The notes: a model not told the origin generated them from the sequence alone. 46,705 nucleotides of DNA from Nanobdellota archaeon (GCA_021811735.1 JAJZNK010000035.1:1-46705), one strand, 5' to 3'; positions 19,115 to 29,011 are shown, numbered from the stretch's first letter. Program-made: numbers and translations.

Positions 19115-19734
19115 CAGCCTTTAACGTTTTTCTTAAAGAGGGAGAATATCCTTCTTCTGAAGATATAGCCCACAAAGAAAACCACGAAGATGACAGCAAC
19201 ATATACTCCTGCCTTTTCAACGACATTCGCAATGGATTCCCAGTTACTGGAAAGATAATAACCAGTGTATATCAAAAAACCAGACCAGATAACTACCCCT
19301 GCGGAAGAATACATTATAAACTTCTTTATGTCCATCTTGAACGCACCACATATTATTCCTGCTATCGAACGTACCGCAGGAAGAAGCTTCGTGAAGAACG
19401 CAAAGTAATTCCCGTATTTTTTTATCCACTTTATCCCTTTTTCGTATTCTGCAGTCCCAAACCCTATCCGCTTAGAATACTTCAGGAATATGTCTATTCC
19501 GAGGAAATACCCAAGAAGAAACCCCACTATGCTACCTAGGATTGACGCTACTACTGCATCCCCGAATCCAAGGTAAGGATTTATCTTGTTTATCGCTATA
19601 AGGAATCCTGTGAAAGGCAAAACGACCTCGCTTGGTATCGGTAGTATAACAGACTCGAGAAACATCAAAACGAAAATCGCGAGATAACCTTGACTTCCTA
19701 TCAATGATAGTATCTGAGGTATGCCAAAAATCAT
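19114..19734 (-). CDS. DedA-family membrane protein
   Basis: FLESVILPIPSEVVLPFTG, KLLPAVRS, GAFKM. Confidence 0.93.
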   Translation of the reverse strand: MIFGIPQILSLIGSQGYLAIFVLMFLESVILPIPSEVVLPFTGFLIAINKINPYLGFGDAVVASILGSIVGFLLGYFLGIDIFLKYSKRIGFGTAEYEKGIKWIKKYGNYFAFFTKLLPAVRSIAGIICGAFKMDIKKFIMYSSAGVVIWSGFLIYTGYYLSSNWESIANVVEKAGVYVAVIFVVFFVGYIFRRRIFSLFKKNVKG

Positions 19735-19735
19735 C

Positions 19736-20176
19736 TTACACCTTTTTTATCAATTCTCTTGGATCCTTTCCATCGACTTTTAGTCCCAAGCTTAAACAGG
19801 TGCCAAGGACTTCGTTCACCATTCCCTGCTCATCTTTTGCCAAGGAATATTTCGAGTGGTCCTTTGCTATTTTCTTGACTTTGTCCAGCGAAATCGAAGC
19901 GGACTCCTTCCTGTCTCCAAATCCTTTTTCTATGCCGGCTTCCTTTATCAAGAGCTGTGAAACGGAAGGCATCAAAACATTCAATTCGTATTCCTTTGTC
20001 GCCTTGTCAATCTCTATCTCTACAGGAACCTTCATCCCTGCAAAATCTTTCGTCTTGTCGTTTATCTTCTTTACCACTTCTGGTGGCTTTAAACCCAGCA
20101 TTGTCAGCTGTGGTCCCAACGGAGGAGCTGGTGTTGCCTTTCCGCCTTCAACTACAATCTTTACTTTCGTTTTCAT
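19736..20176 (-). CDS. rpl11: 50S ribosomal protein uL11
   Basis: VEGGKATPAPPLGP, INDKTKDFAGMKVPV, GTCLSLG. Confidence 0.97.
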   Translation of the reverse strand: MKTKVKIVVEGGKATPAPPLGPQLTMLGLKPPEVVKKINDKTKDFAGMKVPVEIEIDKATKEYELNVLMPSVSQLLIKEAGIEKGFGDRKESASISLDKVKKIAKDHSKYSLAKDEQGMVNEVLGTCLSLGLKVDGKDPRELIKKV

Positions 20177-20649
20177 TTATTATCACTCTCACTTTTTACA
20201 GTAGATACGTCCGATATTTTAATATTAACGTTTATTGGCACTGCGGATTCAAGGAACATTACTGTTAACTCTTCTTTCTCCTTGTTCACTCCCTTTACAG
20301 TGGCCGTCTCTCCTTTGAACGGACCAGAAAGCACCTTTACAACATCACCTACGTTCACGTCTATTTTCTGCTGTTTCTTCTCTATGGTTTTAAGAGCTTC
20401 TACTTTGGAAAGCTCCTTGTTTATTATGCCACGAATGTGCTTTATGTTATATATCAATTCGGAAACGCTGTCCTTGGATCTTGCCTCGACTATTATGTAA
20501 CCTTTCAGCGAATAAGGCTTTACTATCGAGTATATGCCGTCGACTCTTGCAAGCTGTGACTCCAGCCTTTCAAGGGCCTGCATTTCTCTTCCTATCGTGA
20601 CTCGTATTATGAAGAAATGCGATTCTTCATTATTCTCAGTAGATTCCAT
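20173..20649 (-). CDS. spt5: transcription elongation factor Spt5 (NusG homologue)
   Basis: NGN domain (RVTIGRE, KGYIIVE) plus KOW domain (GDVVKVLSGPFKG). Confidence 0.95.
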   Translation of the reverse strand: MESTENNEESHFFIIRVTIGREMQALERLESQLARVDGIYSIVKPYSLKGYIIVEARSKDSVSELIYNIKHIRGIINKELSKVEALKTIEKKQQKIDVNVGDVVKVLSGPFKGETATVKGVNKEKEELTVMFLESAVPINVNIKISDVSTVKSESDNK

Positions 20650-20719
20650 ATGCTTAAAAGAATAATATTCTATGAATTTAAGAGTATAAAAGCGTTTGTC
20701 AGCTAGGTATTATAAGAGT

Positions 20720-21157
20720 ATGTCAAAGAAACTGGAAGATATTGTAGATATCCGAAAATTCAGCGGAATGAATCATAGGGAGGTAAAGCTGGAGGGTTCC
20801 GAGAATCTTTACGGAGATAATATAGGATTCATCGGCATACAACCTTTCTTGGGTTACTATGGAAAATTGTTTCGGAAGACTTATCTAGTACTGCCGCATT
20901 TCAAGGAGAAATTTGAACTTATAAGCAATGAGTATACTGATGACGAACAGATCATTACGGTAAAAAGCAAGGGTGACGGCAAGATAGAGCCCAAAGATTA
21001 TTTCATCAAACAAGATGATGGATACGATTATCCTCCGTTCATACAGATAGTCACTAAGGAAGGTTATTTGTACACCTGTTCGTCCAGATTTGAAAACAGT
21101 GAATACGTCGAAACCCCTGACACTGTCAACAAGATAAGATTTTTGAAAAAGGAATGA
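20720..21157 (+). CDS. hypothetical protein
   Basis: 145-aa ORF divergent from spt5; TATA-like GTATAAAA upstream. Confidence 0.65.
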   Translation: MSKKLEDIVDIRKFSGMNHREVKLEGSENLYGDNIGFIGIQPFLGYYGKLFRKTYLVLPHFKEKFELISNEYTDDEQIITVKSKGDGKIEPKDYFIKQDDGYDYPPFIQIVTKEGYLYTCSSRFENSEYVETPDTVNKIRFLKKE

Positions 21158-21254
21158 AACGGCAGGACCTAGAGTTTTAATGGATGCCTTTGGAAAACGC
21201 GCAAAAACAAATAACACATTTAAATGACCAGATTCAATAGATAATATCAATCGA

Positions 21255-21329
21255 GGGCTCGTAGCTCAACTAGGTCAGAGCATCCGGCTTTTAACCGGGT
21301 GGTTGCGGGTTCAAATCCCGTCGAGCCCA
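21255..21329 (+). tRNA. tRNA-Lys (TTT)
   Basis: GGGCTCG/CGAGCCC acceptor stem, GCTC/GAGC D stem, CT-TTT-AA loop, TTCAAAT T loop; TTTAAAT box at 21219-21225. Confidence 0.97.
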
Positions 21330-21404
21330 CTAATTTCAGTACTTCCGAAAGTGGCAACAGAAATAGAAACTAATGTTTATTAATGAAATTTGATATTATA
21401 AGAT

Positions 21405-21584
21405 ATGGGAAAATTCAAAGTTAGTTGGGAAGAAAACGGTGTATTTTGCACTGAAATAATAGAAGTAAATGGTTGGGATACTGTACTAGGCTTAAAAAAG
21501 CATCTGCAGGACTCAGAGCTATTAACTTACGCAGACAAAATAACAAGTGTAGAGCAGTTAGAAGCTATCCATAAGGTTCATTAA
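21405..21584 (+). CDS. small hypothetical protein (59 aa; below the ORF-track cutoff)
   Basis: MGKFKVSWEENGVFCTEIIEVNGWDTVLGLKKHLQDSELLTYADKITSVEQLEAIHKVH; TTTATTAA about 25 nt upstream. Confidence 0.5.
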   Translation: MGKFKVSWEENGVFCTEIIEVNGWDTVLGLKKHLQDSELLTYADKITSVEQLEAIHKVH

Positions 21585-21689
21585 TCTTTAGAAGTTTAGC
21601 CGAAAACATCCTAGCAGTATCATTTTTGATGCATTTAGTGGCATAATAACGGATTGCAGTTTTATGGGTTCTGTTTTATAACTATAAAT

Positions 21690-21708
21690 AGTAAACAAAA
21701 CGTATACT
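21690..21708. promoter_or_regulatory. imperfect inverted repeat between the TATA box and start of the AbiEi-like gene (candidate autorepression site)
   Basis: AGTAAAC-AAAAC-GTATACT (one mismatch); AbiEi proteins are known to autoregulate through inverted repeats. Confidence 0.45.
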
Positions 21709-21716
21709 TTCTATGT

Positions 21717-22505
21717 ATGAAAAACAATTATTTATCGCATGGTGAGCAAAACATATATTTCGCCCTAAAACCTGGCCAGATATATGATATAGATTTCATT
21801 GCCAGTAGCGTTGGGATCAAAAGAAGGATTTTGATTACCCTTTTATCACGAATGGCACGGAAAGGCTGGATCACTAGATTAAAAAGGGGTAAATACCTGG
21901 TTAATTCTGCCACTGGTGCTGGATCGAATGATTATTTCAGCATTGCAACGATGATCTTCGGAGGTTATCTTGGATTCTCATCCGCATTATATGTCTATGG
22001 CGCCATGGATGAGAGTCCATACACTATTTATGTCTGTACAAGAAACAAAAGTGCTACGACGACCATGCAGAACACAGAAATAAAGGCCGTGGCTTTGGGA
22101 AGAAGAGCAACGGGCATGACATATTTCAACGGCTACTTTGTTTCCTCAAAAGCAAAGACTCTATACGACTGTTTTTACATGCCGAGATTCAGCGGTGGTT
22201 ATTCAAACGTTCTGGCAGCGGTGAATAGACTGGATTTTGGAAAATCGGACTGGAAAGACTTTATCTTTTATGTAAAACGGTTTGGTAACCCGAGTTTTTC
22301 AAGGAAAACTGGTTTCCTTCTATGGCTTCTCAACGAAAATTCCCCGACTAAAATCGTGCCGGAAAATGTGCTTGATGAACTTAACACGGGAAAAAAGATT
22401 GTTAAGATCGGCAAAGGCACTAAAGGAAAATTTAATAAAAAATGGGGGATTGTAAATTATATAGCAGAGGATGACGTTTTGGGCAAGATTCCATGGAAGA
22501 AATAA
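21717..22505 (+). CDS. type IV toxin-antitoxin antitoxin, AbiEi/COG5340-like
   Basis: wHTH LSRMARKGWITRLKRGKY, YLGFSSAL, KAKTLYDC; overlaps the AbiEii gene. Confidence 0.88.
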   Translation: MKNNYLSHGEQNIYFALKPGQIYDIDFIASSVGIKRRILITLLSRMARKGWITRLKRGKYLVNSATGAGSNDYFSIATMIFGGYLGFSSALYVYGAMDESPYTIYVCTRNKSATTTMQNTEIKAVALGRRATGMTYFNGYFVSSKAKTLYDCFYMPRFSGGYSNVLAAVNRLDFGKSDWKDFIFYVKRFGNPSFSRKTGFLLWLLNENSPTKIVPENVLDELNTGKKIVKIGKGTKGKFNKKWGIVNYIAEDDVLGKIPWKK

Positions 22506-23269
22506 TATATAGAGCGCTGGCAGGAAAATACGGTTTATCACTGAATTTTGTACTAAAGGATTATTATCTCATGAGATTACTACAGTATACATCACTGTAC
22601 GGCGATAAAAAATTTGTACTGACTGGTGGCACCGCAATAAACAAGGTTTATTTGAAAGAAAAGGCAAGGTTTTCCGAGGATGCCGATTTTGAGCTGATAC
22701 AAAAACCAAGCCTTAACTCAGTCATAAAATCCATAGGTAACATCTCTGCCAATGCAAATGAATTCCTGGATAAAAAAAGAAGACTACTTAAAATATATTG
22801 CCAAGTAGATTTCTATTACAGTACGTTCAATAATTTTACTGACAAAGTCAGATTGGATGTCGCTTTCAACGAATTGGCGGACAAAAATTCGTTTAATGTG
22901 AAAGACGAAATTACTTCACAGTTCAGTATTGAAAGGGTCCATGGTCTTGCAGTTTACAAGCTCGAAGAACTGCTGGCAAGAAAATTATATGCTGTATACA
23001 GACGGACCGAAGGAAAGGACCTGTATGATATTTTTTATAGCTTAGGACTGGTAAATAAGGAAAAATTTTATAACGCAATAAAAAGATTCCTGGGCAGGAA
23101 AAAAGTAGATTTTGATGATATGATAACAGCGCTATCCGAAAAACTGCGTAATGTGGACAACAAATACATCGCTACAAAGACAAACAGCTACATACCAATA
23201 AAACTCAGGCCTACAGATTGGGGGATACTTTCAGATTCCATAGCAGATTACATAGACTCACTTAAATGA
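22493..23269 (+). CDS. AbiEii/AbiGii-family nucleotidyltransferase toxin
   Basis: LTGGTAINKVY, RFSEDADF, KLYA...R..GKDLYD. Confidence 0.92.
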   Translation: MEEIIYRALAGKYGLSLNFVLKDYYLMRLLQYTSLYGDKKFVLTGGTAINKVYLKEKARFSEDADFELIQKPSLNSVIKSIGNISANANEFLDKKRRLLKIYCQVDFYYSTFNNFTDKVRLDVAFNELADKNSFNVKDEITSQFSIERVHGLAVYKLEELLARKLYAVYRRTEGKDLYDIFYSLGLVNKEKFYNAIKRFLGRKKVDFDDMITALSEKLRNVDNKYIATKTNSYIPIKLRPTDWGILSDSIADYIDSLK

Positions 23270-23336
23270 GCAGACCACAGGTTTCATTTATATGAACACT
23301 CAGGAATATGATTTGACTGCTCAAAATTACTGATAT

Positions 23337-24575
23337 TCATTGGGCCGTTACGTTAGCCTGTGCTCTCGCACCGCTTTCGCCCTGAACGACTACCCTGTAG
23401 TTGCTTCCCGGGACTATATTTATATTGTAATTTCCCTGCCCCATAACCAGCAAGCCATTGAAAAGAAAGGTCTCGCTCTGCCCTGCATTAAGTGAGTATC
23501 CTTGCAGGAAATTTGAGTAGTTCACGTAAGCTGGGCATACTGAAGAAACTGGCGTTGGTCCTTCGTTCTCGCCACCGACTACTGGATGAACCATGCACTG
23601 TAGATAAGGTAAATAAAGCGTCCCGTTTGAACCTGCAAAGAAAGTTATAGTTTTCATCTCCGCAAAATCTCTTCCTATGTTGATCAATTCACTTTCCCTC
23701 TCTGTGCTATTGAACACTCGTGTCGTTCCATTCACTGTCGCCGAGAGATCTGAAGGAGTTATGTTACTATGCTGTGTTTCCGAGAAATTTCCATCACCTA
23801 TAGTGTAATTGAACTTTGGAAGCACAACAGACTGGTTTCCGAAAAGTTGTACATGACGTATAAGAACACTGGTATTGGAATTGTCTTTTACCGTAACCTG
23901 CAGGTTGGTAATGTTGTTAGCAGTGGCTAAATGAACTGCACTTATTGAAATATTAGGAGTGATATCCTCAAGCTCAGCTTTGTCCCTGAGGTCCAAAGAT
24001 GCCTTGGCTCCAGGAGTCCTGATTATCTTTGACGGATTTGGTATTATCACCGCCCTTATCGATGGAACCATTATGAATACTGTTGAATTTGCAGTCACTA
24101 TAGTAACGACTGTAGGTGAAAGATCCAAAAGAACTTTTACAGTGCCATTGATGGACTGTGTGCTGTTTATATGTGCGATTATGCGGTTGCTCGGCAGTAT
24201 GACTTTATACACTGTATTATTTATCGTGATCTGTGCATTTGAAACGTTGAAAGCGAGCATGTTTATTTTCGTACCGTTTGGTATCGATGTACTTGCAAGC
24301 ACAATGCTAGAATTCGAGAGAGAAAGAAGGTCTACTCCTCCCGATGCACTAAGGTTTGTCCAGCCACTGGTATTGCTCCCTATTGTGTGAACTGATATTG
24401 CACTGTAGGTTATCGAAAGATTCTGAGTACCAGAAGGCACGTTGGCTGGATCCGTAAGGCTTAATATTACATTTCCTGTCGATACTGCGCCGAACTGTGT
24501 ATAATGCATTAGAAAAATTACTGCCACTATCGCCACTACAACAATTGCTATAGCGCCAACGGCAAAGCCTTTCAT
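23337..24575 (-). CDS. membrane-anchored/secreted DUF4382-like glycoprotein
   Basis: N-terminal TM, LSLTDP motif, many N-x-S/T sequons, beta-rich sequence. Confidence 0.72.
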   Translation of the reverse strand: MKGFAVGAIAIVVVAIVAVIFLMHYTQFGAVSTGNVILSLTDPANVPSGTQNLSITYSAISVHTIGSNTSGWTNLSASGGVDLLSLSNSSIVLASTSIPNGTKINMLAFNVSNAQITINNTVYKVILPSNRIIAHINSTQSINGTVKVLLDLSPTVVTIVTANSTVFIMVPSIRAVIIPNPSKIIRTPGAKASLDLRDKAELEDITPNISISAVHLATANNITNLQVTVKDNSNTSVLIRHVQLFGNQSVVLPKFNYTIGDGNFSETQHSNITPSDLSATVNGTTRVFNSTERESELINIGRDFAEMKTITFFAGSNGTLYLPYLQCMVHPVVGGENEGPTPVSSVCPAYVNYSNFLQGYSLNAGQSETFLFNGLLVMGQGNYNINIVPGSNYRVVVQGESGARAQANVTAQ

Positions 24576-24808
24576 TTTATTAGCTATATCCGTATGTATT
24601 TAAAGGTTTACAAGAGGGATTTATTTGAAAAATTTAACATAAATGCATAGTTGTAATGAATTACAAACATGGAATATTTTCGGTGAGAGCCGTCCTTCTA
24701 GTTAGCTTTTGAAATCACGTTTCCCGCCTTATAGTGCCGTTGAGAGTAGAAGCCATCGAAAGAATTAAAGTTATAAGAATACAAAATTAGTAGTTATTAA
24801 TATACTAC

Positions 24809-26332
24809 ATGGAAACAGACGGCGTTGAGATCATAGACCATTATGATGTTGTATCCGATGGGATAAGTGCAAAGGTCAGGATTTTACGGGTTCCATCCAA
24901 GTTTACGATGTCCTACCACATCACCACTCCTGTTATTGACCAAAGCATGAATGCGGTCCTCACGGAGATAAGGGCCCAGCTTATAAAGGAGAACCCTCTT
25001 AAAATCCAGCAGCTTTCCCAGTCTACATCTGAACAGCTCAAAAGGGAATTTCTTGATATAGTCCAAAAGAAACTCCAGACTATAATACCTGGAATGCAGG
25101 AGAAAGCATACATAGAGCTTTCTGCCACTCTTCTCCATGAAATGTTCGGTCTCGGTATTGTAGAAGTCCTAGATATGGACGCAAATCTCGAGGAGATAGT
25201 CATAAACGATTCAAGAAATCCTATAATGGTTTATCATATAAAATACGGCTGGCTGGAAACCAACATACGGATAGAAAGCGAATCGAAGATAGAGTCGTAT
25301 TCCCAGCAGATTGCAAGAAAGGTCGGAAGGCAGATAACCAATCTTAATCCTCTTCTTGACGCACAGCTTCCCAACGGAGACAGGGTAAACGCTACGCTCT
25401 ATCCAATTTCAACACACGGCAACACTCTTGACATAAGAAAGTTCAGGGCCGAGCCTTGGACGATAATAGACTTTCTGAAAAGAAAAACCGTGTCAAAGGA
25501 GCTTGTCTCATTCATATGGCAGGCGATGCAGTACGAACTTTCCTTCCTTGTGACTGGAGGTACTGCGGCCGGTAAAACGTCGATGCTGAATGTTTTCCTT
25601 CCCTTTATCCCACCGAATCAGAGGATAATAACGATAGAAGATACGAACGAGTTGGTCCTTCCCAAATACATGCACTGGGTGCCAATGCTCACCAGGCAGA
25701 AGAACGCTGAAGGGAAGGGAGAAGTTACGATGCTTGACCTTCTGCTTAATTCCTTAAGAATGAGGCCGGACAGACTTGTAGTCGGAGAGATAAGAAAAAA
25801 GGAGGACGCACAGACGTTGTTTGAGGCGATGATGACGGGACATTCAGTATACGCGACGATGCACGCTGAAACCGCTCAGCAGGTGGTAAAGAGGCTTATT
25901 TCCGAACCGATAGACCTTCCAGAGATTGAGGTCTCCACCCTTGACCTTGTGATAACGTCCTTTAGGCAGAGAAGAAGCGGAGTAAGAAGGGTACTGGAAC
26001 TGGCGGAAATCGTTGAAAGACAGATAAGCGGAATGACAGAGCTGAAGACGAACAACCTTTTCGAATGGAAACCTAGAACCGACACTATCGAAAGGACGAT
26101 AAACACGTCGCAGAAAATCTCAAACAAGCTGGCACTTTATTCCGGTCTTACAAGTGAAGAGATGGTTACGGACCTGAAAGAAAAGGAACTGGTCCTGCAG
26201 TGGATGATTGACAGCAACATGGACAACGTCAACACGATTGGACTGACTGCCAGCAACTATTATGCGAACCGCGAAAAGCTAATGCAGCTTATCAAGGACA
26301 AGGGAGATCCTTCTCAACTCGAAACTATCTGA
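24809..26332 (+). CDS. type IV pilus/type II-IV secretion ATPase (CpaF/VirB11/ArlI-like)
   Basis: Walker A GGTAAGKT, TIEDTNEL, LRMRPDRLVVGEIR, TGH, TMHA. Confidence 0.95.
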   Translation: METDGVEIIDHYDVVSDGISAKVRILRVPSKFTMSYHITTPVIDQSMNAVLTEIRAQLIKENPLKIQQLSQSTSEQLKREFLDIVQKKLQTIIPGMQEKAYIELSATLLHEMFGLGIVEVLDMDANLEEIVINDSRNPIMVYHIKYGWLETNIRIESESKIESYSQQIARKVGRQITNLNPLLDAQLPNGDRVNATLYPISTHGNTLDIRKFRAEPWTIIDFLKRKTVSKELVSFIWQAMQYELSFLVTGGTAAGKTSMLNVFLPFIPPNQRIITIEDTNELVLPKYMHWVPMLTRQKNAEGKGEVTMLDLLLNSLRMRPDRLVVGEIRKKEDAQTLFEAMMTGHSVYATMHAETAQQVVKRLISEPIDLPEIEVSTLDLVITSFRQRRSGVRRVLELAEIVERQISGMTELKTNNLFEWKPRTDTIERTINTSQKISNKLALYSGLTSEEMVTDLKEKELVLQWMIDSNMDNVNTIGLTASNYYANREKLMQLIKDKGDPSQLETI

Positions 26333-26333
26333 A

Positions 26334-27230
26334 ATGGAAGTAAAAATACCTAGTGTAATGATTTCGCCGGAGAAAGCCATTTTCTTCGGAAAGAAAGTGA
26401 AAAGACTGGCGTTTAATCTGAAGGGTGTCATACCCAGCCTGAAACAGGACCTTATGCAGGCGTCAATGGATATAGACTACATAGATTATATCGCTGCGGG
26501 AATAATCGTCACGTTTGTTCTTGTAGGGCTCATGGCCGGCATCTCCGCACTGATCATCCTGATTGCCATAAAGAAGGACTTGTTGACGCTAAAGATAGAG
26601 GCTATTTTGCCTATGCTGATCCTCGTGGTTCCAGCAGTGTATTTTTTGTATTTCCTCAACTTTCCGAAGCTGCAGGCTGTAAAGAGAAACAAGCTTATGG
26701 AAGAGCAGGTAGTATTTGCAACGAGAGAGATAATGATAAAGGTAGGTTCGGGAGTACCTATATTCAACGCGCTGCTGGACGTTGCGAATGGGGATTACGG
26801 CGTGGTCTCGGACGAATTCAAGCTCGCTATAGAGGAAATAGAATCTGGTGTGCCTCAGGAAACTGCCTTGGATCACCTAGCAAGAAGGGTTCCTTCACAG
26901 TCACTTAGAAGGGCAATAGACATAATGCTGAATGCCATAAAATCGGGAAGCGATGTTGCAGGCACCCTTTCGCTGATAAATGACATGCTTATCAAAAAAC
27001 AGCAGTCAGACATGAAATCATATGCAGGCGAGCTTACGCCGATGTCGATGGCGTACATGCTGATGTCTGTAGTCATTCCCAGTCTTGGAATGTCTGTATT
27101 TGTTATCCTTGGATCACTGGCACATTTCAACACTGTAGCTATAATATATATTATTCCGCCGTTCCTGCTGATGTTCCAGATATTTTTCATGGGAATGGTT
27201 GGTAACAGGAGGCCTTCGATAGGAGTATGA
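26334..27230 (+). CDS. TadC/T2SS-F membrane platform protein
   Basis: GSGVPIFNAL, YGVVSDEF, SGVPQETAL, SGSDV; TM blocks. Confidence 0.9.
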   Translation: MEVKIPSVMISPEKAIFFGKKVKRLAFNLKGVIPSLKQDLMQASMDIDYIDYIAAGIIVTFVLVGLMAGISALIILIAIKKDLLTLKIEAILPMLILVVPAVYFLYFLNFPKLQAVKRNKLMEEQVVFATREIMIKVGSGVPIFNALLDVANGDYGVVSDEFKLAIEEIESGVPQETALDHLARRVPSQSLRRAIDIMLNAIKSGSDVAGTLSLINDMLIKKQQSDMKSYAGELTPMSMAYMLMSVVIPSLGMSVFVILGSLAHFNTVAIIYIIPPFLLMFQIFFMGMVGNRRPSIGV

Positions 27231-28270
27231 AAAAGACTGTTGAAGCTGAGAGTATACGCGTTCTGCTCGCACGTCTTCTTCCCAAAAAGCTTTCTGTAGG
27301 GATGAAGGAAGAATTTATTTATGCCCAGATGGGAGGAGAGAACCTAGACCAGACTATAGGTTCAATATTGATTGCCCTCATCGCAATATCGGCAATCGGC
27401 GCACTGCTGGTTTTCCACTTCCTTAATTCCCCACTCTACGGACTCGGCGCCGTGCTCGGGATTTTCTTTGGTGGACTGCTTCTTATAAGGTCTCTTCTTT
27501 CGATGATAGCGGACTCTGTCGCTATGAAAATAGAGAAAGTGCTGCCGGATATGCTCCTTTTGATGGCGGCAAACTTAAGGGCCGGAATGATCCCTGAAAA
27601 CTCATTCATAGCCTCAATGAAACCTGAGTTCGGTAAACTGAACGTCCTGCTTAACAAGGCTGCGATAGAGACGCAGGCTGGAAAATCGTTTTCAGAAGCG
27701 ATTCTGGAAATGAATGACATGACCAATTCGGAATTCTTCAGGGACAGCGTAAGGATAATTTCTGAGGGAATAAGATCAGGAGCCGAACTTCACCTTATAC
27801 TTGAGAATCTCGCAAGCAATCTCCTTCAGAATGAAAGTATAAGGAACGATATGAGAGCACAGGTAAAGAGCTATTCGCTGTTCATATTCATAGCCTCAAC
27901 GCTCGCGGGCCCATTGCTTTACGGAGTATCTTCATTCCTTATCGGGATACTTGACCAGGTAGGTACGACTACCTCGGGGTCTACGTCGGCAAGCAACTTG
28001 CCTTCGGGTTCGCTTGGGCTGTTCTCGGGATTCACCCTGCCGCATATATCGATCACGCTTATCTTGGCTATCTCCGTTATAAACGTGATAATAACCACTG
28101 CGTCCAGTGCACTGTTGGGAGGAGTCCTGAACACCGGGAAGGCTAAAAATGGGATAAAAAATATCCCAGTGTATACACTTATAGGATTAGGAGTGTTCTT
28201 CATGGTAAGGATAGGTGTTTCGATGTTCTTTGCGAGTTCATCGCTTACTGCTGGAAGCTCGTCGTTCTAA
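27227..28270 (+). CDS. second TadC/T2SS-F membrane platform protein
   Basis: IEKVLPDMLLLMAANLRAGM, EFGKL, GKSFSEA, SGAEL; ATGA overlap. Confidence 0.9.
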   Translation: MKKTVEAESIRVLLARLLPKKLSVGMKEEFIYAQMGGENLDQTIGSILIALIAISAIGALLVFHFLNSPLYGLGAVLGIFFGGLLLIRSLLSMIADSVAMKIEKVLPDMLLLMAANLRAGMIPENSFIASMKPEFGKLNVLLNKAAIETQAGKSFSEAILEMNDMTNSEFFRDSVRIISEGIRSGAELHLILENLASNLLQNESIRNDMRAQVKSYSLFIFIASTLAGPLLYGVSSFLIGILDQVGTTTSGSTSASNLPSGSLGLFSGFTLPHISITLILAISVINVIITTASSALLGGVLNTGKAKNGIKNIPVYTLIGLGVFFMVRIGVSMFFASSSLTAGSSSF

Positions 28271-28271
28271 A

Positions 28272-28344
28272 GGGCTCATGGTCTAGTGGCTATGACGTCT
28301 CCCTCACACGGAGAAGGCCGGGAGTTCGAATCTCCCTGGGCCCA
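28272..28344 (+). tRNA. tRNA-Val (CAC)
   Basis: GGGCTCA/TGGGCCC acceptor stem, TCTCC/GGAGA anticodon stem, CT-CAC-AC loop, TTCGAAT T loop; followed by a T run. Confidence 0.97.
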
Positions 28345-28375
28345 TTTTTATTGGGATAACGTTGCCTATGTCTTT

Positions 28376-29011
28376 CTAAGTTAAAATGTGCGAAGATATG
28401 GGATTTACTGCCACGTTTACTATACCGTACCTGTCTTTTAGTTTATTGGAGAACCTGATATTTTTGTTAGAAAGATATTCTTCTAATTTCTCATCCGCCC
28501 AAACTGCTACCAAACCTGCGGGGAAAAATGCACTGACAAGCCAAACAGCTAAGCCACCGGTTGGACTGCCAGTTAATTCGTAAGTAGAGAAACCTGCCAA
28601 GCCTGAAATCGAAAGCCACGTAGAAAAACCAGCGGCACCCCTAATGGCAGTTTCTCTTTCATCGGCCGCGTCACGTTTCCTATCTATTTGTTTGGACAAT
28701 ACTTTCTCAATAGTATCTTTCTCTTCGCCCGTTCGCACGCTTATGGTATATTTCCCTTTCCAGATAGGGGCGTGAATATCTGCGTATTCCTTTGTAATCT
28801 TGTAAGATAGCTCATAATTTAACTTTCTGCTTTTCGAGAATTTTTTATAAAAGTCATTTGACGAGTCTGAGACTATCTTGTCCAGACATCTTATTATTTT
28901 TTTGGGCCCCCATTCAAGTATGTTATCTACGTTGGGATAATAAGTCGTCGTGTCGCCCACGACCTTCTTGAAGTATAACCCGGCGTGCTCTGGGGAGTGT
29001 GTATATCCCAT
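28376..29011 (-). CDS. hypothetical protein with a C-terminal two-TM hairpin
   Basis: 211-aa ORF with two Gly/Ala-rich hydrophobic segments; TATA-like element upstream. Confidence 0.7.
   Translation of the reverse strand: MGYTHSPEHAGLYFKKVVGDTTTYYPNVDNILEWGPKKIIRCLDKIVSDSSNDFYKKFSKSRKLNYELSYKITKEYADIHAPIWKGKYTISVRTGEEKDTIEKVLSKQIDRKRDAADERETAIRGAAGFSTWLSISGLAGFSTYELTGSPTGGLAVWLVSAFFPAGLVAVWADEKLEEYLSNKNIRFSNKLKDRYGIVNVAVNPISSHILT

Noticed and set aside
24809-28270. Archaellum (arlI/arlJ) or conjugation system
   Set aside because: No arlH, arlB or arlF/G and no VirB4 or relaxase nearby; two separate TadC-like genes fit a pilus
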